Assembly: GCF_000020025.1 (NCBI RefSeq)
Contig: NC_010632.1
Span: 222,919-254,918 of the forward strand
Direction of reading: 5' to 3'
DNA length: 32,000 nucleotides
Source of the DNA: Nostoc punctiforme PCC 73102
GTDB taxonomy: Bacteria; Cyanobacteriota; Cyanobacteriia; Cyanobacteriales; Nostocaceae
Below the pieces are notes generated by a model. That model saw only the letters and a program-made list of their open reading frames with translations. It searched no databases and had not been told where the DNA came from. Positions 8,087-16,100 of this stretch are shown piece by piece (the first letter of the stretch is position 1; each line of letters begins with the position of its first letter). The position numbers and the translations under genes are program-made.

Positions 8087-9146
8087 AGATGAATAAAAAA
8101 AATAATTCTAAAGACTACACAAAAGTTGCGATAACGATTGATTTAGGGACAAGTTTTCAGAAGGGGATAGCACAGATTTATCCAGATGGGGTTCCAATAG
8201 TTTTAGCAATGGAACCAGAAATAGCGGATTTAGGGGTAGAGTCAATAGAATATTTGTCAAATCAACTTGTACAAGATACGACGGTATGGATAGGGATTGG
8301 CGAAGAATACTATGTCCTGGGAGCATTAGCCAAAAGTATGTTCGCGGGGACATCAGCTATTAGAGATTTGAAGTATCAATATGCCTTACCGAAAGTAGCA
8401 GCTATGTTATGGTTGGCAATTCGGCGGCTGGGAGTGAAAAATCCAGATATAGAGCTATATGTACATTTGTTGTTGCCAGTGGGAGAAGCGTCGGATGGGC
8501 AAACGCTCAGAGCAAAACTAGCACAGAACTTAAAAACAGGAATAATCACGCCAACAGGGAGGTTAAAAGCAAAATTGCGTAGCTTTGATGTCAGTCCAGA
8601 AGGGGCGGGTATCATGGCATATCGCAGTCGCAACGTCAACATAAACTATTTCCAAAAGAGTATAGGAATGCTGATGTTAGGCTATCGTAATGCCAGTTTT
8701 ATTCTGTCGCACAAGGGGAATGCAATAAAAGCTGAATCTACAGATTTAGGGATGAATTGGGTGGTGCATCAGTTTGTAGAACGTACTGCCGTAGGTTTAT
8801 CAAAAGATGACTTACGCCTAATTTCAGCTTTAGCCGAAACCACGAATAACAATTTTGATGCACTGCGGTTTCTATCACGCAAAACCAAAATCGAAGAAAT
8901 CAATGCTGATGTAGAGTTGTTTTGTCGGATTTTACCGATAGTTCGCAAAGAGTACTGCCGTGCTTTATGGCGCTGGTTGAGAAATATTGCCCAAATGGAT
9001 GAAATCTTAGTTTGTGGTGGGACAGCATCTTTTATACGCCAAGAGCTAACCGAACATTTTGATGGTGAAGGCATCCCCATTTGTTGGAATGGCGGAATGG
9101 AACTACCTAAATATTTAGACACAATGGGATTAGGTGATAGGATAGC

Positions 9147-10785
9147 AGCAATTCTCATTATGAGAATGGTTATCAATATGTTAAGAGCGAAACTAACCGA
9201 TGAAGCCTGGGAGACGTTGAGAATTCTGCTGAATGATAAATTTGAACTAGGAGTGGCTACTTCAAACAGATTTTTAGACACAATGAACTACCAAGTAATA
9301 CATGGCAATTCAAGCTAATTCCATGTATTACACGGAGTTGTAAGTATTCTCAAAAAGTAAGATGAATTTTCAGCTTGTGTTGGGATGAAATTCTAATTCC
9401 AGTCCGTGGATCATAAAGTTAAGCAGACTTTCCCAACTATCAAAATAAAGATAACGAGTTAAGGCGCGTAAATCATCAAAGAAGGTCTTGCGTGTTGGTA
9501 AATGCTGGCGGATAAATTGGTATTTCTCATCTATAATGTCAAGTAGAGTATGAAACAGAAATGCAAGGATATTAAAGGTTGCTAATAGGGAGGATAAATG
9601 CGTTTTCCCATGTCCGAAATTATGTTCTAAGTTGTAACCTTTGGTTTTAAGAGTGTTATTATTTTCGTTTTCTATTTTCCATCTGCTGCGACCATCTGAC
9701 ACAATCGCCTCAACATTAATATCTGTGATTCGATGATTTGTCGCAAAGGTATTTTTGTAGATTATAGTCCCATCAGAGCGAGTAATGGCCAATTCACACC
9801 AGTTTACTAATAAAGCATCCTCGCTATTCCGTAAAGGAATTTGGTTGACATAACGGTAGGTATAAATCTCATAGACTTTGCCCTTCCAATGTTTGACACT
9901 AAATGTATCAAGGGGCATTCCTTCTAACCATTCATAAAGTGTTTTATGGGATTTAGACCGACACACTAGAATGAAATTTAGTTTTTCTTGTAGTAATAAT
10001 TCACATAAAGGTTGATGGCAATAAAGATCATCTCCTAAAATGGTAATACCAAGAGATGCGTACTGTTTGGCATATTTCTGAATCCAACGTTTTGCTGCCG
10101 CATTCTCACAATCCTGCTTTTGATATCCGTCTTGAGGGACAACAAACTCTGGTATTAACGGGATTACTTGAGAATTACTAGGACAAACAATTACTGGTGT
10201 CACCACAGTATGAAAATACTGAGTTGTTCCGTTTTTAAAAGTTCTGCTCGAACAGTGTTCACAGTGAATTTCATTGGAGCAAAAATATTCTGTTCCATCT
10301 AGAGCTATCAGCAAATTATTTTTAAAAGAACGAAATTTTGATAAGTGTTTACCATTCTCTAATGCTTTGAAAATCTTGGTAAACACCGGAAACACAACGG
10401 TTGGTTCTATCTCATCAAGTAAATCTCGGATATGGTTATCGCTTGGAATTTGGTGTACCCCAAACAAGCTTTGAGCATTATTATGTCCCTTACTATGTGC
10501 CATTGACCTTTGATGGGCAAGAAAAGAAGGACTCTGAGTAAAAAATATGGAGAATGCGCTTAATGCTGCATCACTCATTTGATAGCGTTTGTTTTTGCCT
10601 GTTCGCTTATCAGGTAAATCTTTCAGGATTGACTGAAAGTATTGTACTATTTCGTCAAAAATTCCTGGCTGATTCAAAAAAGCTCCTGCGTTCGCGAGTA
10701 TTGAGATACAAAAACCATACCTTTAACTGAAAATTTTGCATAGATGCTAATGATAGTTATAATCATTCTCATGATGAGAATTGCT
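9147..10785 (-). mobile_element. IS4-superfamily-like insertion sequence, 1639 bp, with an 11-bp direct target duplication
   Basis: The TSD gataggatagc occurs at 9136-9146 and 10786-10796 (11/11). The ~33-bp terminal IRs are agcaattctcatTatgagaatgGttatCaAtat and the reverse complement of the right end, agcaattctcatCatgagaatgAttatAaCtat. It carries a single intact transposase ORF. Confidence 0.88.
9370..10677 (-). CDS. DDE transposase (IS4-like / ISNCY-like; exact family not assignable by eye)
   Basis: 435 aa. Motifs: LIALDGTEYF, ILGDDLYC, GRSRWKIENENNNTLK (an RxxxE-type signature). It lies between the IRs described above. Confidence 0.85.
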   Translation of the reverse strand: MNQPGIFDEIVQYFQSILKDLPDKRTGKNKRYQMSDAALSAFSIFFTQSPSFLAHQRSMAHSKGHNNAQSLFGVHQIPSDNHIRDLLDEIEPTVVFPVFTKIFKALENGKHLSKFRSFKNNLLIALDGTEYFCSNEIHCEHCSSRTFKNGTTQYFHTVVTPVIVCPSNSQVIPLIPEFVVPQDGYQKQDCENAAAKRWIQKYAKQYASLGITILGDDLYCHQPLCELLLQEKLNFILVCRSKSHKTLYEWLEGMPLDTFSVKHWKGKVYEIYTYRYVNQIPLRNSEDALLVNWCELAITRSDGTIIYKNTFATNHRITDINVEAIVSDGRSRWKIENENNNTLKTKGYNLEHNFGHGKTHLSSLLATFNILAFLFHTLLDIIDEKYQFIRQHLPTRKTFFDDLRALTRYLYFDSWESLLNFMIHGLELEFHPNTS

Positions 10786-11245
10786 GATAGGATAGCTGAT
10801 GCTTGGGCATCCCATATTAGCCATATCAAGTTTTTGGATCATGAATTGAGCTATGACCGCCAAGACAAACCCCTAGTTCCTGATTATTATGTTCAACCAT
10901 TCAAGAGTTCTAAACCAGACATGGAGATTTGGCAAAGGAACGGTTATATCACTACAAGCTAAAAATAGGGTGTTGGGGGTAGGGTGTTGGGTGTAGTGAA
11001 GACGGTATTGGACTGAGCTTGGAACTCCGACCAATGCAAACCAGAGTGAAAAGACAGGGCTTGTAACGAATCTATGTTGTTGTACAAATGCTGTCTGATG
11101 TTAGACAGATATTCTGTCTAACATCGCCAAAGCTAACAAATGCAAGGGTTTAGCTTTGAATGGTGTTTCCCTCCGCTTAATCAACAATTGCTCAAGATGG
11201 TTGAGTCAAACAATAAACGCGAACAATTAACATTAGCAAATTGAT

Positions 11246-11656
11246 ATGGCTGAAACGACACATTTGCAGGTACAAGAATTATCACGATTTGCCCAAGAGC
11301 AAGACTTCAATCAGCAATATAGACAGTATTTCGGGGATGTCTGGGACGAAGTTGGAGTTAGAGATATCTCCAAAATGACCATCCAAGATGCCGAGCAAAC
11401 TTTGAAGGTACTAGCTGATAGTGAAGCATCTCCCCAATTCATTAAATCCCTACTAGCACAAGCAGCAATTGATGGTGCTTCACCGCAGGTTTTAGAGTAT
11501 TTTCTCGCAAGCGACATTGACTCAGATGGGCGGACTCTGGCACAAGAATTATTTCAAGATGGGACGAACCCATTGCAGCCAGATATACCCCAAGCACCAC
11601 CCAAGGCACAGGTTTTATCTCCATCTCCAACTGAAGATTTGGACTGGGAAATATAG
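11246..11656 (+). CDS. Hypothetical, strongly acidic 136-aa protein
   Basis: The ORF is followed by a hairpin plus T-run. About 24 D/E versus 8 K/R. No recognisable motif. Confidence 0.5.
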   Translation: MAETTHLQVQELSRFAQEQDFNQQYRQYFGDVWDEVGVRDISKMTIQDAEQTLKVLADSEASPQFIKSLLAQAAIDGASPQVLEYFLASDIDSDGRTLAQELFQDGTNPLQPDIPQAPPKAQVLSPSPTEDLDWEI

Positions 11657-11674
11657 CATATATTCTCAAACTTT

Positions 11675-11727
11675 ACTAGCAACCTGAGCTTTGATTTTTT
11701 CAGTACTCAAGTTGCTAGTTCTTTTTT
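11675..11727 (+). terminator. Rho-independent terminator candidate
   Basis: Stem actagcaacCtgag (11675-11688) / ctcaAgttgctagt (11706-11719), 14 bp with 1 mismatch, followed by tctttttt. Confidence 0.55.
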
Positions 11728-11853
11728 GAAAGCATATTTAAACTTCTTAAGTTAGATACGAGTTCCATTTTTCAAAAAGCACACTAGGGTGTAATTGAAT
11801 TATCGATTACACCTGTTCCCTCAGTTAACTCAACAACTAAAGAAGGCCATAGT

Positions 11854-12228
11854 ATGACTATATTAGGTATTAATAGACCTTTAGATACAACCCAGGCAAA
11901 ACTGTGGGATGAGCGCGATTTATCTACAAGCGATCGCCGCCGGGAGCATCTAGAAATTCTCCTGTGCCAGAAAGTACAAATAGGTGAAGACCCCGCCTTA
12001 TGTAAACAAGTGTTGAATTATTTGTATTTCTCGGCATTTCAACAGAATCTGAATCGTATTACTGTCCAAAAAGAGAAAGAAAAGTCGGTTTTTGCATCTG
12101 TACAGCAAGTGATTATTACGTCCTTTGCTATTTTAGGAATGTTTGCGTTCCTTGCCGCCGCTTCCAACAAGTCAGTTGTGCGATCGTCTGGGGTAATCCC
12201 TCCAGCTATAGAACGGCAAGCCAATTAA
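11854..12228 (+). CDS. Hypothetical 124-aa protein with a C-terminal hydrophobic segment
   Basis: ORF only. IITSFAILGMFAFLAAA looks like a TM helix. Confidence 0.45.
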   Translation: MTILGINRPLDTTQAKLWDERDLSTSDRRREHLEILLCQKVQIGEDPALCKQVLNYLYFSAFQQNLNRITVQKEKEKSVFASVQQVIITSFAILGMFAFLAAASNKSVVRSSGVIPPAIERQAN

Positions 12229-12458
12229 CCAAATATTCACTTTTTCGCGCAGGCAGACAACGGAAGACTAACTGCAAGTAATGTGGGCTGAAGTAGCTAG
12301 AGAACGCTCGGCATTCAATTCACTGCACATATTAATCATTACACCCTTTGCCATCTTACGAAGGATTGCCTTTTTTAACGGGGCGTTTCGCTCTATTAAA
12401 CCATCGGCTGCTGCTAACCTGCCTGCTGTTCAAGCTCATTAAAAGGATGTCACTAAAA

Positions 12459-12491
12459 AGCTGAAAGCGCTGTTTTATAATGCTTTCAGCT
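12459..12491. terminator. Hairpin between convergent genes (possible bidirectional terminator)
   Basis: agctgaaagc (12459-12468) / gctttcagct (12482-12491), a perfect 10-bp stem with a 13-nt loop. A-run upstream, T/A-rich downstream. Confidence 0.5.
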
Positions 12492-12522
12492 TATATTACC
12501 ACTCGCTCTGCTTAGGGTGAGC

Positions 12523-13053
12523 TTAATATGCTGTGTCCTTGTCGAAAGGCAAACTGTCTTCCGGCTCAAAGTTACGCAGGTCTTGCTCCATCTGCTGCCG
12601 ACGTTGGACGTATGTTCTGCTAGCGCCAATCCTTTCTTGCATTTCCTGTTGACCGAAATTGATACCCATTTCAGCGTGTTTGGCTGATACTCGATTGTAG
12701 TTATCGACATCAATTTTCTTACGCCGTTCCATTTCCTCTAACCATCCAAGGCTTTTACCTTTTTTAAGCTCAGATTCAAAGTATTCCTGTTTAAGAGAAC
12801 CGTCAGGGTTAAACTGTGTTTTCTCTGTTGGGGTGAAGAAGTCGTATGCCGTGTAGACAGGCCAAGGTTCTGGGTCGGTTTCGTCTAGATGTTTCCACTC
12901 GTCATATTCTTCTTTCAATCTACGAGCATAGTCATCGACTGCTGCTGGATTTGAGCCAGTAGATATTTTTTGTTGCCTTACTTCATCTTTTAAGGTTCCA
13001 TCTGAATTGAATTCTTTACGGTTCATATTTATCCAGCGTTTTATTCTTGACAT
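12523..13053 (-). CDS. Hypothetical 176-aa charged protein, divergent from the giant ORF
   Basis: ORF only. There is an internal duplication of a short motif (EFNSDGTLKDE / QFNPDGSLKQE). Confidence 0.5.
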   Translation of the reverse strand: MSRIKRWINMNRKEFNSDGTLKDEVRQQKISTGSNPAAVDDYARRLKEEYDEWKHLDETDPEPWPVYTAYDFFTPTEKTQFNPDGSLKQEYFESELKKGKSLGWLEEMERRKKIDVDNYNRVSAKHAEMGINFGQQEMQERIGASRTYVQRRQQMEQDLRNFEPEDSLPFDKDTAY

Positions 13054-13101
13054 GATTAATTCCTCACAAGATTGATAAAAACTTAACTAACTCCAAGTCT
13101 T

Positions 13102-16100
13102 ATGACTCTTGAATTTAAACACTTTGACACGAGAATAAATCAATGGATTCATGATGACGGAGACAAAAATAATCCTGATTCAATTTTAACTGAGAAAATA
13201 GATAATACCCTATTAGAATCATATTTTCCAGATCAAGAGTTTTCTTTCGGACATATTGATGAATATAGTAAAGCAGAAGATTTACAAAATCATCCAGAAG
13301 GACATATTCTTTTATTATCTTCTAAAACCAGACTCCTCTATGGCTCTCCAGAATGTTTAGAAGTAATTGATAAATTATGTCCCGATAGAAAAGATAGAGG
13401 TGCTTATGGGTCGATTTTCCTAGGTGGTTGTAAAAATTCCATTAATGAAAAATTAAATATTCTAATTGTGAATGATATTACAGGAGAGAATGGAGGATTT
13501 ATTAAAGATGAGGATGCTTTCAAGTTAGTGGGCGATTGTTATGGACAGATATCAACTAAACTTTATGACCGTTTGACCCAAACAGAGCAACAACAAAATA
13601 AAGATTATCATGTTATTCAGCATCGCTTTGGTTGGACAGAAACTGATGGAGAAGATAACCAATATCGTTTTGGCAAAGGGACTTTACGACCATATAAGTT
13701 AGATAAAGTAGAATATTTAGACCCAAAGATTAAATCCAAAATTGACTTAATCATTCCCATATCCAGTTTTAAAGGTACAGACAAGGATAATCCTAATGGT
13801 GCTAGTAAACCCCAAATTAAACCAGGACTATATCAGCAAAAAATCTGGTTAGGTGAAAAATCGCAGTCAGAGCGAGGTCAGACAGCCATATCACAACTGT
13901 TGGCATCATTTCCTCAAGGGATCAAAGATTTCGCTGAGGAGCTAGAGGCACAGGCTCAAAAGCTAGCCGAAAATCAGGATGACCCAAGGATTGTTGCACA
14001 ACTTTATTGTGAAAAATACGAAAAGCGTAAGGCTTTGACTGAATCACAGAAAGCATCTTTATCAAAGCAAATTACTAAGCAAGCTGGTGATGGCTCATTA
14101 GCTAAACAATTAGAACTAGTGACATCGAATGATGCTGATGGAGAATATGAGATAATCGATGAAAATAATGAATCACCGAAAGATAATTTGTTGATGTATA
14201 AACTCATAAAGGCTGATTTAGTTGGGGGGCATAATCAGCTTTTAGAAACTGAAAAAATTAAACAAGAACTGAGTAGATTTGTCCAAAGCGAGTGGAGAGA
14301 TATAGCATCTGGGAGAACTTTAATATTTGACCGAGGAATGATTATCCCATCCAAAGAACTGAAAAATGGTGAAATCTGTGTTCCTTGGATGGATGATGGA
14401 GAAAAGGTTCTTAATTTTCGTTCTCCATTCCTCAACTCTAATGGTTTATGTATATCCACTAATAAACTTGTTGATGATAGATTAGCCCCAGATGGGGTAA
14501 ATCTTAAAGGCATTATAGTAGTCAATGATGAAGATCATAAACGCATTTTAGCAAGGCTTAAGACCAATGAAATTGCGCCAATTGAAACCGAATCAGAACG
14601 GCAAGCGCGAGATTTTGACGGTGACTGTATTGGCGTGGCGCTGGCTAGTAAATACCCTAACCTGACAGCAGAGGCAGAGCAAAGAAATCTTCCCAAAAAC
14701 GCCTATTCGCCCACGGTTAAGCTCAAAAAACAATCATTTTATTTGGAAAATGGAACCCAGCCCCCATTTGAAAAAATCGCTATTCACATGAGCGATAGCA
14801 TCAGCGTGGGCATAATCAACAATCAAGTGACGGCACTGGAGGCATTAGAATCAGAAATTGAAGTACTAAAGACTTACGGTACTTTTGAGCAGAAATCAAA
14901 TTATCTAGACCAAGTTTCTAACCATTACGAAACCCTGTTTGAGCAAGAACGCCAGAAAGATCCAAAGTTAATTCGAGAAGAATACAAGCCTTATATGCAA
15001 GGAGTTGTTGAAATTGCTCATTCTCAAAGAACTCCCGAAATTATCCAGCAAGCGATGGACATTAACCGTCAAATGTACCGGAGCATGATTGAAGAAGGAT
15101 GTTATCAAAACCAAATAGCGGTTGATTTATTCAAAAGTGCTAAAAAACCTGAGATGGATAAAATCCGGGAAAACAGCCGCTACTTGTATCGTGATGTTAA
15201 TTATATTAAAGATAAAAAGTCGCCTTCAGTTTATCTAAACACGGGGATAACACCAAAGGGCTACTCACCAGTAGAATTATTAATTAGCCAAACCAATAAA
15301 TATTTCCAAGAATCACAGTTAGAATCGCGTCCCATAGTTCAGTTTAAAGACTTGTTCAAAGGGGTAGAATTTACACCACAGCAAAAATTTGCAGCGATCG
15401 CCGCGAAGTACGAGTTCGATCTGAAATTCAACGCTGCGGTTCGTGCCTCAAGGCGGCGAGAAACAGAGTCTGGCCCTAGCGCAGTTGTTCAAACGGATTC
15501 AGGAACGCAACTCGAAATTACCAATCTCACCCGTTACGGGCATCCCTTAATCTGGAAAGCCCAGACACTTAATATTCGCCTAGATGAGATTAAATTCACA
15601 AACAGTGAACGCCCCCATAAATTATTAGCAGTTGCACAGATAGATGGTGAGATTGGGGAAAATGGAAAACCCGCCTACCGCAACCTGGGGACAGTTAGCC
15701 AACAATCTGTGACTGACCACAACCTCAAATCGGGGATGACCATGCAGGGAGCTAAACTCCTAGAACTAAAACCAGAACTTACTAGAAGCCAAACTAAATT
15801 ACTTTTCGACAAGGCACAAGAGGCGGCTCTCGCATTTTACGCTTCTATCCCAGAGTCAGAAAAACTTGCATCCGCCGCCGCCGCTTGGAATATCTGTGCA
15901 TCCCGCCAGGATGAACTCGAAGTTGCACGTAAAGAAAACGCAAACCCCCAGGCGATCGCTAAAAAAGTCTCCAATTTTGCTTTCGCTGCTTTCCCCAATG
16001 AGATTATCTCCCGCTTGGAGAAACTGCAATTTAGCGAACCGAAGTTAGTCACACTTAATAATGAAGCAAATCAATTTTTGGGCAGAAAGTGGAACCCAGA

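Larger units (their letters stand above)
8089..10962 (+). pseudogene. Actin-like (ParM/Alp-type) ATPase gene split by an IS insertion (exons 8089-9146 and 10797-10962)
   Basis: ITIDLGTSFQKG (phosphate-1-like), MLMLGYRNASF (degenerate phosphate-2 position) and ILVCGGTASFIRQEL (adenosine motif). The frame at 9136 (GDRIA) continues exactly after the IS and TSD as DAWASHISHIKFLDHELSYDRQ...GYITTS*, which is the 10744-10962 ORF in the same phase. The reconstructed protein is 407 aa. Confidence 0.65.

Noticed and set aside
8108-9281. Minus-strand ORFs 8108-8353, 8376-8642 and 8769-9281
   Set aside because: They are antisense to the actin-like ATPase gene and have no motifs. The 170-aa one also crosses the IS boundary at 9147, which a real gene predating the insertion would not do intact.
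12281-12442. Untracked 53-aa + strand ORF (MWAEVARERSAFNSLHILIITPFAILRRIAFFNGAFRSIKPSAAANLPAVQAH) just upstream of the 12459-12491 hairpin
   Set aside because: The placement is plausible, but the ORF is too short and featureless to support without conservation or expression data.
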